Source: the human T2T-CHM13v2.0 reference genome, Homo sapiens
Reading direction: 5' to 3' (one strand)
Assembly (NCBI RefSeq): GCF_009914755.1
Contig: NC_060926.1
DNA length: 64,000 bases
The notes below the pieces were generated by a model. That model saw only the letters and a program-made list of their open reading frames with translations, was not told the DNA's origin and did not search any database. A program made the position numbers and the translations under genes. The stretch's first letter is position 1. Each line of letters begins with the position of its first letter. This document shows positions 39,690 to 55,531 of this stretch, piece after piece.

Positions 39690-42150
39690 CAGACATCCAC
39701 TCCCATGGTTTTATCTTGAAACTCTTCATGGCCAGTAACTGTGGCCTGCCCATAATCCTTCCTTCATACATCCTACACCACCTTTCTAGCGCATTTCATC
39801 TACAACTCCAATTCATTCCTTTAATCCCACCAGGCCTCTAAATCACTGATCTCGTCATACTTTGATTATCTCTCACTAAATGTCCTCTTTCCTTTCATTA
39901 GATAAATTCCACAGTTATTCATAAAAGTCACTCCTTGTATATACATACATACCTCACAAACTCCTCCGCTCAGTGTTTTTTTGTTTGGTTGGTTTTTTGG
40001 TAACTGTCTGGCTAAATCTTCATCCTCATATTCAGTTCCCACCTTACTTCCTGCCTGCACTTTTGCAGCTGGACGCATGCAAAAGTGGGTCCTTCATGAT
40101 GCCCAGCAATCATGCCACATGTCCCTAGATTGATGCCCAGCAACCATGCCACATGTCCCTGGATCACTTACTCTCCCAGGTTCTTGTACTTAGATTTCAT
40201 ACCCTTTCTTTTCTCCTCAAACCACCAATACCTCCTACCTTGACCTCACTCTCAGTTGACAACTTTGTTTCCTAAATCAGTGAGAAAATTGAAACAATCA
40301 GGAGAGATTTTTCCCCACAGGTTTCTATCACTGCATGTGCCTTCCTACCAGGTTCTGCACCCACATAACCTGACCTCCCACCCATTACCTTAAATCAACT
40401 ATCCCTGTTTCTATCTAAAATCATTCCTGCATCTGTGCACTAGATCCTATTCTTTCTTACTTACACAAGGGCATCTCTAGAGCATTTTATTTCTCTGTCT
40501 CTCCTGCATTAGTAATTTTAGCTCTTTATTATATTTGCATACAAGCATTTTATTATTGCTCTTGTATTTGAATTTTTTTACTTCCTTCAACTATCTTTTT
40601 TTTATTTTTTGTTGTCTTTGCAATAATACTTAATGAAAGTGTTTGCTGTATTCTCTGTATCTATGACTCTCTTTCTATTCTCTTTTAAATTTACGTTAGT
40701 CAAGTTTTTACTCTTACCATTTCACCAAATCAGCTCCTGATAGAAATCTGATGACCACCCTATTGCCAAATTCATCAGTCCATCCTCAGCTTTCATCTTA
40801 CTTGACCATCCAGCAATATTGGAGACAGTTCATTGCTGTCTCCCCCTTGATACACTGCCTTCCGTTGGATTTCAGGATAGCACACAATTTTGACTCTTCT
40901 CTTAGCTTATTGTTCACTCCTTCACAGTCACTTTACTCTTTACTCTGCCTTCCCAGACTTCATTATTTGGGTGTCCCTGATTCTGTCCCTGATTTTCTTT
41001 TCTTCTTTATCTACTTTCTTTTGATCCCATTGAGTTTTATGGCGTTAAATGCCATATAAATCATGATGACATCCAAATATTTACCTCCAGTTTTCTGCCA
41101 AACTGAACTTGTGTGTCTAACTGCTTATTTGGCTTGGATATCTAGAAGACACTGAAAAGTTAACATCCCTAAACTAAATTTCGGATAGTTCTTCCCAACC
41201 AACCTGCTCCAATCCTCGCTTTCCCCACCTTACTTTTTTCAGGAGATAACTCTAGTTTTCCTCATCCTCAGGCTAACAACTCTAGTATCATCCTTGATTA
41301 TTCTTTTTCTCTTATATCTGACATTCAGTCCGTGAGAAATTCCTGTTGATTTCAACTTCAGAATATACCCAGGATCTATGTGCTGCCACCTTCACACTGC
41401 TACCCTGCTCAAGCCACCATCAAGTTTCTCATGGATTTCTGCCTTAATTTCCTAATTGGACTTTATTCTTCTACTTCTCCTTACAATCTATTCTCAATAC
41501 GGCAAGACAGAAGTAAGATTACGCCACATCCCTGCTCAAAATTCTGCAAGTGATATCCAGTTTTCTCAGGGTAAAAGGCACCTGACAATTTCCAAAAAGT
41601 CTCTATTTAGCCTGGTCTCCATCCCATTACAGTATTTCTCTGAATTTGTCTCCAGTTTTTCTTTCCCTCATTCACTTTCACTATTTCTTGAATATTGCAG
41701 GAACACTTCAATCCTTTGGGCTGTTTCCTCTGCCTAGAAACCTTTTGCCTCAGGCACTTGCATGACTAACCTCCTCACCTGTTTAAAATCTGAGCTCAAA
41801 TGTCGTTTCTAAATAATACCTACTCTTAACTATCCCATTTAAAAATCTCAGCCCCCTTCCTCTAACTTCATTCTTATCGTCTCCCACATTCTTCTATACT
41901 TTCTTTTCTTTGTTATCATTTGCTTTGCTTTGTTCTTTTTTTCCTTTCCTTTCCTTTCTTTTATTTCCTTCCCTTCTAACACATCACATTATAGCATACT
42001 GTATACATTGCATTTCTCTTGTTGGTAATTTAAGCCCCAAATGGGCAGAGATTATCATCTGTTTGGTGCACTGATGTTTCACAAATGCTTAGAACACTTC
42101 CTGATCTATAGAAGAGACTAAAAATGTTTGTAGAATAAAATAATGAATCT
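39690..42150 (+). mobile_element. Long degenerate L2 (ORF2 3' part to tail)
   Basis: TGAGAAAATTGAAACAATCAGGAGAGA, TTGCCAAATTCA, ATATCTAGAAGACA, CCCTGCTCAAAA and terminal GAATAAAATAATGAAT motifs in L2 order. Confidence 0.75.
40097..40164. repeat. 34-bp tandem duplication (2 copies, 2 mismatches)
   Basis: TGATGCCCAGCAA(T/C)CATGCCACATGTCCCT(A/G)GAT x2. Confidence 0.95.
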
Positions 42151-43799
42151 TAGAAACTTAAATTTATTCCTTTAAGCATACTAAGGGGCACCATGCTTTC
42201 TCTTTCACTTTATTGGGCTGATTCACATTTACAAATGACCCAGTGCAATCTGCCTGATTTTTCATTCAGTATTTACACCAATAGAAATAAAATGCATATT
42301 AGTGTTATAAAATCAAACCTTAAATGACAGTAAATGTATCATTAATAGTTACTGAAGACCTTTTCCTGATATATATGACATTTAATGTTTTTCTCTTGTG
42401 ACTTCATTGTTCTTTGTTTGCTTGTTCATCTTCTAGATTGTGAGCTCCTCAAAGTCAGGAACTTGGTCATCATATCTGTCTCCCAAATACCACACTCAAT
42501 GTCTGGCACATAAGAAGTTTTACAAATATGCTGTTTTAGTCATAGGATGAGCATACACTTAAAATTTAATACTGGTCCTGCATATGCTGTGTCCTGAGCT
42601 TTCGCTATGTAGGTTGCTTTAATTCTTACAACCGTGTGGAGCAAAGCACTGGTCTCATTTTACAGATGTGATAAAGCTAGTTATTTTGTCCAGGACTTAA
42701 TCATTGCAGTATTCTCACTGTCTAATCTCTAGTGACCATATCACAGGAAGTTAATTATGCTCTTTTTTTAAAGATAAATTGAAATAATGCTAACAATGCC
42801 AGATTTCTTGGAAATGTTTTGTTTTTAGTTTCAGTTAGAAGCACGCCTTAGCTTAGTGAATAAGGGACAATGAATGTTATTTATTTTCCTGCTCAATTCA
42901 GTTGGGAAAATTGACCTCATCGTTTTGTGTTTTCAATCCCTTAAGTGTAATAAAATTATTTACTACCTTAGTTTATATAAATCACCAAGATCTAATGGAA
43001 GCCACCCAGTTAACTCTCCTAAAGAGTCTTCAAGCATGTTTTGTTCTAAATCTCAGCTTAGGTATTTTCCATTGTTTACCACCTAATGTCTATACTACTT
43101 GATTTATAGAAAGTCTTATCTAATATAAATATGCTAACTAGCTATGATAAAATTGATCACTTTCCACATAATCATATACTGAAAAAAAATTCCACTGAAT
43201 ATATTTCTGCCCTCCATAGATTCCAGGATTTCAGTGAATTTTTCTTAATAATCTCTGCTTCAGAAATGTATATAAACTTTTGTCCTAATCAAATCTAACT
43301 CAAACGTCACTTCCTTTATAATGTTCTCTCTGTTTTCACATGCAGCATATACTTCCATTATACTCTGCACCTATCTCTACACTTGTAATGTGAAGTAGCC
43401 AGATATATGTGGACCTGGGTCATCTGTCATATTTAATTGTGTACTATATAAGGACAGATATTGTTTTGTATGGTTCTATCAAGCTACCCAGTATCTACAT
43501 ATACTGCCCTCCATAGGAGGTAATACATATGCTGAGCTCTACTCATTTAAAACTTCAATCAAGGTACTATTGGAATTTCTTAGTTTTACAACATAACTAT
43601 GTCCTACTTCAAGTGACCTATTAAAATAGCTCTCAATAGTTTGCTTTAATACAACTGCCTTTAATAGCTTTTAAATTTAGTGTTTGTTTGAGTAGACTTT
43701 ATGGTGATTTGTAAAATGATATGGATATAGTATATAGAAAATTTTAACAGAAATGTAAATAATAATTATAATTTAGGGAAACGGTGCCCTCTTGCTCTA

Positions 43800-43802
<3 letters not shown>

Positions 43803-43834
<32 letters not shown>

Positions 43835-43851
43835 CACACATATACACACAA
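43803..43851. repeat. (CA)n microsatellite
   Basis: Directly visible. Confidence 0.95.
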
Positions 43852-44779
43852 AAAAAATCTCTATTTCCAAATCTTGTTCACAAGGAGCTCTCTAACTCCA
43901 TGAGTAATTTTTACAACCAATAACAGATTAACCAACAATAGTCACACGAACATGTACACACACATATACACAGCCTAACTTCCCCACATCATTATTATCT
44001 ATCTATCGTCAAGAATGCAGCTTATAAAATACAATGACCTGGCTGCTATAGGAAAGGATAAAATGTAGGTTGCAGTGATCTTCTGACATTGAGATGGCAA
44101 GGAATGTGTTTTTTGCAGGAATTTCAAAACCTGAATTGTAGAATGATTTGAGATACTGCCTTAACTACCAACAAATTTGATCCCATGTTCTTCATCATTT
44201 TTCTGAGATTCTGGTTTCCCAGATTTCTGACCTTAATTGACTCAACCAAAAAAATCTGCTTATTATTAAAGACCATAAGGAGTAATCAACAGAACAAAAT
44301 ATGATTTAATATAATATTAAATATATTTTACAACTCAAAACATTCTAAAAGATGTGATGGTTTCTGACTATAATTCAGTATATACTATTTTAGTTTTAGT
44401 GACAATGTTTCTAACAAATACAGGAAAACGTTTCAGAACCTAGTGTCCTTTACAGCAAGTAGCAAAGATGGACTCAGGAATATGTAAGCAAAATCTAGCC
44501 AAACCAAACCAACCAACCAGACAACAACAACAAAGTGTGTTGCTGAGTGGCTCATAGACAAGGACAAGTATTTGTGATGTTCTAATATAATAGGTGGTAA
44601 GAACCAATGGAACATCTGTGATTCAAGTGAGAGTCGTGGTGGTAGAAAACAAAACAAAAGAAACGATAATATGTGTAGAAATAATAAAAGAAAAAAGTCA
44701 AAGGGTGTATTTTTACAAGTACACGTTCAAATATAGCGTGATGATATTTTATCTCAGGAATTTCATGCAAAGTGCTGCG

Positions 44780-45132
44780 TATGTTGATATGTTAGGTCTC
44801 TTCTGGCCCAGTGACGATTATCTTGTGTGGTTTAAGTTCTCTATGCCATGAGTGAGGTAAGGGCATTTATTCCCCAGATCCTTCCCTGCCAGATTACTGT
44901 GGTTGAATGTAAACACCACAACTCCTGCCAAGTGGCCCCTACTCCCTCTGATTCTAATTATTATTTCCTCTTTTTGCCTCCTGCTGCTGCTAGCCTTGGG
45001 GTGCACTCTGCTTTGTTTCTTTTCCTTAACCCTAATATACCTTTGTAAATAATCCTTTTTTGTTTTAATCTCTCAATTAAAATCTCCTCTTGGGGTGTGT
45101 CATCTGTTTTCTGCTAAGACTTTGATTAATAT
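44780..45132 (+). mobile_element. ERVL LTR (LTR33-like) fragment
   Basis: 3' end ACCTTTGTAAATAATCC...GTGTGTCATCTGTTTTCTGCTAAGACTTTGATTAATATA. Confidence 0.55.
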
Positions 45133-45360
45133 AATAGCTAACATTTATGAAATATTTACTATAATACAGGCACTGTTGGAATAATTCACATGGATCCAAT
45201 TTTTTTATCCTCACAACGATCATGTGAATTAGGTACTATTATGACTAAATTTAAAATATAAGGCTACTGAAGAACATAGATTTTAAATACCTTCATGATC
45301 ATATAGCTAAAAACTAAGACAAAATAAAATCCAGGAGTCTGACTCCAGAGCAGAGCTTAG
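45133..45360 (-). mobile_element. MIR
   Basis: AATAGCTAACATTTATG...CAGGCACTGT...ATCCTCACAAC...AGGTACTATT...GTCTGACTCCAGAGC. Confidence 0.75.
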
Positions 45361-45920
45361 ATGTGAAAGTAATTAATATGCTTTTAAAGAAAATCTTATA
45401 TTGTTGGTGTCTGTATAAATCCCATAGACAAGATCTAAGTACGAAAAAAAAATAGAAGCAAGTCAGGAAAACTTAGTTCACAGGTAATAAAACTAGACAC
45501 AGATATCTAAATTTAGAAATATCCCATGCATATATTCTGCATATCTGAATGCATCAAGATATTAATAAGCATCTTAATACTTTGGAAAAAGTATAGAGGG
45601 GACTTTTTGTCAACATTTGAAGAAAACATTTAACTAGTATAAATATATCATACAAGTTAACTGAAAAATCTATCTGCTGTCTATCCTCATGTTCAGTTAT
45701 CAAGTATATATCATTTAAATTTAAGATGAACAAAACACTACTTAAATCCCAAAGACTCATTAAAGTAAAACTAGTAAATGCATTTTATTTATCAATTATT
45801 TCCCTGAAAATGCACATTCTTTTTAAATTAATTTTTTATTTAAAAAAGAGCATCATGCCATTAAACAAAAAAAGGAAAATTTTATTTACTGGGAAATTCT
45901 TGCTGATTTTTACATGGGAT

Positions 45921-46465
45921 TGTGACAAAAAAAAGGTCAGATTTTTATTTTTATTCACAGTAAGGAGAGATTTTATCTTCAGGGATGATTACAAGGTGGG
46001 GAAAGGGCAAGGATCTCAAGAGTTAGGCAAAGATTTCTCTTTTAGAGAGAGGAGTAAACAAGGCTAGAATGAACTGGATGGGGAGAAGAGGGATTTAAGG
46101 GTGGTATGATCTGACAGAGAATGTTCCACTCTGAGACCAGCCTGCTACCTTGAGGGACTATGTAAGGGGAGGGGGGGTGTGGCTGCTTCATCTTGAAAGT
46201 AAGTCAAAATTCAGGGATTTGGGGAAAGTAGAAAATCTTAACCAAAATTTGGTTAATAGGCATTTTGTTCCCATTGGTCAGTGGGGACGGGCAGTTTAGC
46301 TTATCATTTATGAGGTAAAGAATGGGAATTTTGAAGTTCTGTGTTGGGTCTCATCACAGGTGAATGGGGGACATTTGTAAGTTTTGCCTGTGCTATATGG
46401 GGAAGGGTCATTCTTTACAGTAATTTCCTAGAACCTGAAAGGATAGGGGGGTTCTTATTATTTCA
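45921..46465. mobile_element. Probable ERV solo LTR (family not identified)
   Basis: Abrupt G-rich block bounded by TGTGA...TTTCA. Confidence 0.4.
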
Positions 46466-46734
46466 TCTACATAAACTGGAACAGAAGATGATTTCACTGG
46501 TTTATTAAACTCCTCAGGATCTTCTACCTGCCCTTCTTAACCTTTACATTCCAAATTCACTTCTATCTCCTTTCTAGAGCTGGTAATCTTTCTTCCATGA
46601 AGTTTATGAAATTCTTCATGACATGCATAGACTTTGACAGTTCTGTTTCTGATGTGCATAATACCTACCAGATTGATTTGTGATAATATCATTGAGAGGC
46701 CACTTATAGCCTATTTATGACTCAGCAAACCATG

Positions 46735-46997
46735 GTCTTTTACAGCCTCTTTTAAGATGGTTTGGAGAGATAAAGAATAATACTTCATGACATGTAAAAA
46801 TTATATTAAGTTTGAAGTTTAATGTCCATAAATAAGTTTTATTGGGACACAGCCATGCTTATTTTTATATAAATTTTCCATGACTGTTTTCTTCCTACAA
46901 GGTGAGAACTGTATACTTGCAACAGAGACAATATGGCCCACAAAGCCAAAATTATTTACTAAATCATCCCTTGTAGAAACTAAGTTGCAGACTCTGG
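46735..46997. mobile_element. MER58B (hAT-Charlie)
   Basis: TGTCCATAAATAAGTTTTATTGGGACACAGCCA...CAACAGAGAC...TATGGCCCACAAAGCC. Confidence 0.8.
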
Positions 46998-48797
46998 TCT
47001 ATATAGTCACATTACACTACAATGATCAAGTATAGATGTTTGACAGTATTTAAGTTTCTGAATGAATGAACCTATATAGAGAAATGTATAGGTATAACTA
47101 TATTACTGATATATCCTATTAATTTTATTATTTTTCTGTTGAGTTTTTAGCTTTTCTAGGTACATAATTTTGTCTGAAAATAATTAGGACAATTATGTCA
47201 TGCCTTTCTTTGCTAATATTTCTAAGCAATCATTCCTTTACTTATTTCTAACTAATGTTTACCCCCAGTTATATTGTCAGATTTTCCTGGAAAATATTAA
47301 TAGTGCAAATTTCCTGCTGTTTCCTAACTTTGACATAAATATTTATAGTGGCTCTTCACTAAATTACATTTACATCAATATCCTTAGTGATATATTGATG
47401 TAAATTTGATTTGAGACAGATCAACTTCATAATGTAAGGATATTTCTCTTTATGAAGAGAATTTATGATAATTTATAAATAAATGTGATATCTGTTAGAT
47501 GACTTTTAAGCATCTAGATGTAGTTCATATTCTGTTTTGGCCCATTAATGTCATGTATTTCATTAATATATTTTTAAGTACTGCACCATTTTTTCATTAC
47601 TATTTTGGATCTTATTTTGGGGCATTATGTTATTAAGTAGTTGTATGTTTTATTTAAGAAGTTTATAACTGTATTCATTAATGATATTGGCTGTAGATTT
47701 CATTTTTGAGGGTGTTCTTTCGGAAAAGTTTACTATCAAATTTATATTTGCTTCAAAAATATTTTTGAGTAATTTTCCTATTTTTCTATCCTTTGAATGT
47801 GTTTACAAAATGTGGAAATAAGTTGTTTCTAGATAATATCAATATTTATTTGCTAGAAAATAAAAACTCACCTGTAAACATGTTTTATTGTTATTTTAAA
47901 GTGGTTTTGCATATTTCTTTTAACTCATTTCCTTATTAATTTCCTGATCAAGTTTTCACTTCTTACATCATTTTGACAATTTCACTTTCATAGACGTACA
48001 CATTTTGTAGAAAAATTCAAAGATTTTAACATAGTTAATAATTTTGTTTGCATACTTTTCATCTCTCAAAAGCTAAGAAAAATGAATTCATGTCTTCTAC
48101 AATTAACAGCTTTGCATAATAACGTACTACTATTAACTTTATGATTTTATGACCAGTATATATTTATTAGAACATTTACAAGTACAAAATTACCTTACTT
48201 ATCCATTTAAGTTATTTGTGTTGAGATATGTTTTCTCTCTAATAACATTGGAAAACCTAAATTTTTGTTTGTATTTGTTGATATATTTTTGTCCATTTTT
48301 TATTTTTAATTTTGGCAATCTGTTCTATGCTTCTTTCAAATAAACATCTGTTCAACTTTTGCTTTGTGATCTAATTTGGTACTTTGTGTTGGTTAATTAT
48401 AAATTAACCAATTCAAAATTTATTATTTTAAATATCAGATAATATTTGATTTTTCTTCTCATAACTTGTTTTGTGGTTTCTACTTTTCTTATATTTTTCT
48501 TGATTTTTCCATAGGGGTATATCAACTGCAGTTTTTCCCATCTTTATTTTTTCTTCTTCTATTTTTTCTAGCTTTTTGGAATGCATGTATTGCCTTATTT
48601 CATTCCATTATTTTAAAAGAAACCATCAGCCTCATAAATGAAACTATCTATTAACTACCCTTACATAAGATAAAAATATTGTTTTTTCTTTCCCTTCCAA
48701 CTATTTTCCAGTTTAAAAAAATGTACATGATTTGGTATTCACGTTAATTTAAAAATGTTCTCCATAAGCATATTATTTTATAACCTTACTAACCACG

Positions 48798-48925
48798 ATT
48801 ATTAAAATATGGCTCTATGGTTTAACTCCATATCCTAACAATTATTAAAATATGGCTCTATGGTTTAACTCCATATCCTAACAATTATTAAAATATGGCT
48901 CTATGGTTTAACCCCATATCCTAAC
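48798..48925. repeat. 43-bp minisatellite, 3 near-identical copies
   Basis: ATTATTAAAATATGGCTCTATGGTTTAACTCCATATCCTAACA at 48798, 48841 and 48884. Confidence 0.97.
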
Positions 48926-49276
48926 TAAGGATGTTACCATTATTACCATGTATTACCATTTCTTCTAGCATCTTCTGTAGAGCTGAAGTGTATCTTAGAG
49001 TCACCTCTTCATGAAGGAGATATTGATGATATATTTTCTCAGCTGCTGGTAGATGAAAATATTTCTGTAATGCCCTCATGTAATAATGATAATTTCAGTT
49101 GATACGCAAATATTTTTCTTAAAAATATATTTTGTTCTTTTATCCTCAGACATCTAATATGCAGAAGATAAGATACAGCCAGATTTTTCTTCCCCGCCCA
49201 CCCCCCTTGGAAACAAACCATTTTCCCCTACCAGAAACTTGATGGATGTTTTTCTTTATCCTTTGACCTTCTCTAG

Positions 49277-49648
<372 letters not shown>

Positions 49649-50748
49649 TAATCCTGTTTGATTTACAGACTCTTTTTGTTAAAAGATTTCATTTGTTCTT
49701 GAGATTAGAATTCGTTGCAACAACTGTGGTAGCCTTAGTTTTTCCTTTTCAATTTACTATCTTTAATGATAGCATCCTCAGGGCTTTTGCACCATGTATA
49801 TCTTTACATTCTTAATAATTATTTCCATCTAATTAACTTTTTACTCTGAGATATTGGGAAGTTATCACAGACTTCCATTTAACAAACTTAATTTCTGCAT
49901 TTTCAAATATGCTTATTACTGTTTATACTGAACTTATGAATTTAACTATTTTTACAGGTATCCACGCTATATCCAACTGGACTCCCTTGCTAACTGTCAG
50001 CTTTCCTTTCATAATTAAAGTGTCCTCTTTAATCTTAATCAGAGTATATCCTAAAATTAAAATGTTCTCTTCTGCTTCTTATTTTGAACAATGGTATCTT
50101 TTCATATGTTTGGCGATTTTTTTTCCTGCTTACTCATCATTACAGAAGATACTCTATGCTGTATAACATTTGTATTTTAGATGATTCTATCAAATATTGC
50201 TTATTTCCTGTAAACATCTAAAAGTCTTTTAGGCTGAGGAGAAGCTATAACTTTGTTTTAACAGTTACTAGTTCAACTTGTAACAAAGTTAAAACTTTTT
50301 TTTTTAACTTTGCTCATTTAAATATACAGTGGCCTAAGGAAACTAAGAACCAATCACAGCAGAGTTTGTGTAGGTTTGATGGCTAGGACCAACCATGGGA
50401 ACTGACGCATCATTTCCTGAATTTAGTTGCGTTCAAGGGTAGTGGTATTCCTGTTCTTTGTCTGACATAACTGTCCACACCTAAAAGCTGGGCACAGACT
50501 TTCCCATCTGGTGGGAAATATTTCAGAAACATTAGTGACACTTGCAGTGTCCTGCTATTGCTGCAAAACTTGCTCTTCCTTCAGCCCTTGCCATGGAATT
50601 CAGGTATAATTGTGGTCTTCTATTGGCACATCCTTTATTTACAGACATACCTCAGAGATATTACGGGTTCAGTTCCACACCACCAGAAAAGCAATTATCA
50701 CAAAGTGAATCACATGATTTTTTTGACTTCCTAGTCTATAAGAGACTT

Positions 50749-52410
<1,662 letters not shown>

Positions 52411-53250
52411 AGACCTATGTTTACACTATACTATAGTTTATTAAGTATGTAATAGAATTACATCTGAAAAAGCAATGTACATACCTTAATTTAAAAATAT
52501 TTTCTTGCTTACAAATGCAAATAATCATCTGAGTCTTCAGCAAGTCATAATCTTTATGTGGGTGGAGGATCTTGTCTGGATGTCAATGGCTGCTGACTGA
52601 TCAAGGTGGTGGTTGCTAAAGGTTGAGTGGCTGTGGCAACTTCTTAAAATAAGACTACAATGAAGTTTGTTGCATTGATTGACTCATATTTTCATGAAAG
52701 ATTTCTCTTTGGCATGCAATCCTGTTTGATAGCATTTTACCCACAGTGGAACTCCTTTCAAATTGGAGTCAATCTTCTCAAAACCTGCCACTGCTTTATC
52801 AACAAGTTTATGTAATATTCTAAATCCTTTGTTATCATTTCACAATATTCATAGCATCTTCACTGGGAGTAGATTCCATCTCAAGAAACCACTTACTTTG
52901 ATCATTCATGAGAAGCAATCCCTCATTCATTCAAGTTTTATCATAAGATTACAGCAATTGAGTCACATTTTCAGGCTTCACTTCTATTCTAGTTCTCTTG
53001 CTATTTCTACCGCATCTGCAGTTACTTCCTCCACCGAATTCTTGAACCCCTCAAAATCAACCATGACGACTGGAATCAACTTCTTCCAAATTCCTGTTAA
53101 TGTTGATATTTTGACCTCCTCCTATGAATCATTTATGTTCTTAATGACATCCAGAATGGTGAATTCTTTCCAAAAGTTTTCCAACTTACTTTGCCCAGAC
53201 CCATTCACGGAATCATTATGTATGGCACCTGTAGCCCTAAAAATGGATTT

Positions 53251-53554
53251 TTTTTTTTTTTTTTTTTTGAGACGGAGTCTTGATCTGTCACTCAGGCTGG
53301 AGTGCAGTGGCATGATTTCGGCTCAGCTCGCTGCAGGCTCCATCTTCTGGGTTCCCGCCATTCTCCCACCTCAACCTCCCGAGTAGCTGGGACTACAGGC
53401 GCCCGCCACCATGCCCGGCTAATTTTTTGTATTTTTAGTAGAGACAAGGTTTCACCGTGTTAGCCGGGATGGTCTCTATCTCCTGACCTCATGATCCGCC
53501 TGCCTCGGCCTCCCAAAGTGCTAGGATTATAGGCGTGAGCCACTGCGCCCGGCC
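53251..53554 (-). mobile_element. AluY-like
   Basis: GGGACTACAGG and CCGTGTTAGCC diagnostics; TSD AAAATGGATTT at 53240-53250 and 53555-53565. Confidence 0.95.
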
Positions 53555-53907
53555 AAAATGGATTTCTTAATAAGACTTGCAGATCAAAATGACTCCTTGA
53601 TCCATGGAGTGCGGGCATGAAAACGTTAATCTCCTTGCAGATCTCCATCAGAGCTCTTGAGTGACTAGGTGCATTGTCAATGAGCAGTAATATTTTGAAA
53701 AGAATAGTTTTTTTCTGAGCAGTAAATCTTAACTGTGAGCTTAAAATATTCAGTAAACCATGCTGTAAACAGATGTGCTGTCATTCAGACTTTATTGTTT
53801 CATTCACAGAGCATAGGCTGAATACATTTAGCATAATTCTTAAGGGCCCTAGGATTTTTGGAATGGTAAATGAGCACTGGCTTCAACTGAAAGTCACCAG
53901 CTGCATA

Positions 53908-54554
<647 letters not shown>

Positions 54555-55531
54555 ATACTTCTAAATTCCATAATTCTCAATTTTATCTTTTGTAGAAGAA
54601 CTGGACTAGATTATCTCTAAAGTGTCTTCCACTTCTATATTTCTTCCAGTCCACATTAATAGGACCATTGTTAGGCTGGTATCTGTTTCTAAAGTACTAC
54701 AGAGTAAATCAACAAGGAAAGCAAGGTTGTCTTCTCATTCAGAAGGCCAGAGGTTGCTAAATACTCCAGTTCTGAATTGTAAGTGAAACAGGGAAGTTAT
54801 ATACTAGGTGATTGGTGTGCTGTTAAATGTTTTAACCTTGGCTTTGCTCTATTAACTTTATCTGTCCTTTTTAAATCATTTTCAGAAATAAAATAAGGTG
54901 AATCACCTCAAGTGGGGTACACCAATGAGTTGAGATCAATTTGGGACGTCCTTCGTATTGACCTTTGTTGATACAAATTATCTTTGTCACAGAATATTGC
55001 TGTGATTCCATTACCTCCTGTTGTACTTGCCTGAGCTTCCCATTGTTTTAGTCACTCTGCATCACTGTGTACGATGTCAATTGTGTTTTAGATGGTTAAA
55101 AAAAAGGAAAAGAAACATTTCAGTCATACCAAAGTGTTGATTTGCAATAAAGAGTATAATTTACTGTGGCTCTGGGTATTGATTAATCTATACAATGAAA
55201 ATGGCTTTTGAGTGCTTTGGTTATCAGTTGAAATTATCTCTATTTTTTAAGCTGATAATTACTGAAAAATGTCACAAGTGGAAAAAAGGGTGCAATACAA
55301 ACTAGTGTTTTATCCAGATATCTATTCTGCCTGGGAAAGGTAAAAGGATACACATTATGGTTGCAATACGGTCTGGATGTTTCACTTCTGTGTATGTGTA
55401 TTTCTTGCCCATCTCAAATAATAGGTGGGACTTTTTTTCACTTTTATTTTAAGTGAAGGGGCACATGTGCAGAATGTGCAGGTTTGTTACACAGGTAAAC
55501 GTGTGATGAGGGTTTGTTTTACCCATTATTT

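Noticed and set aside
48798-48925. CRISPR-like appearance of the 43-bp repeats
   Set aside because: No spacers, no cas genes, and a primate genome; it is a plain tandem repeat.
52763-53386. Longest ORF (207 aa, + strand)
   Set aside because: Antisense frame of decayed Tigger1 transposase running into an Alu; no coding evidence.
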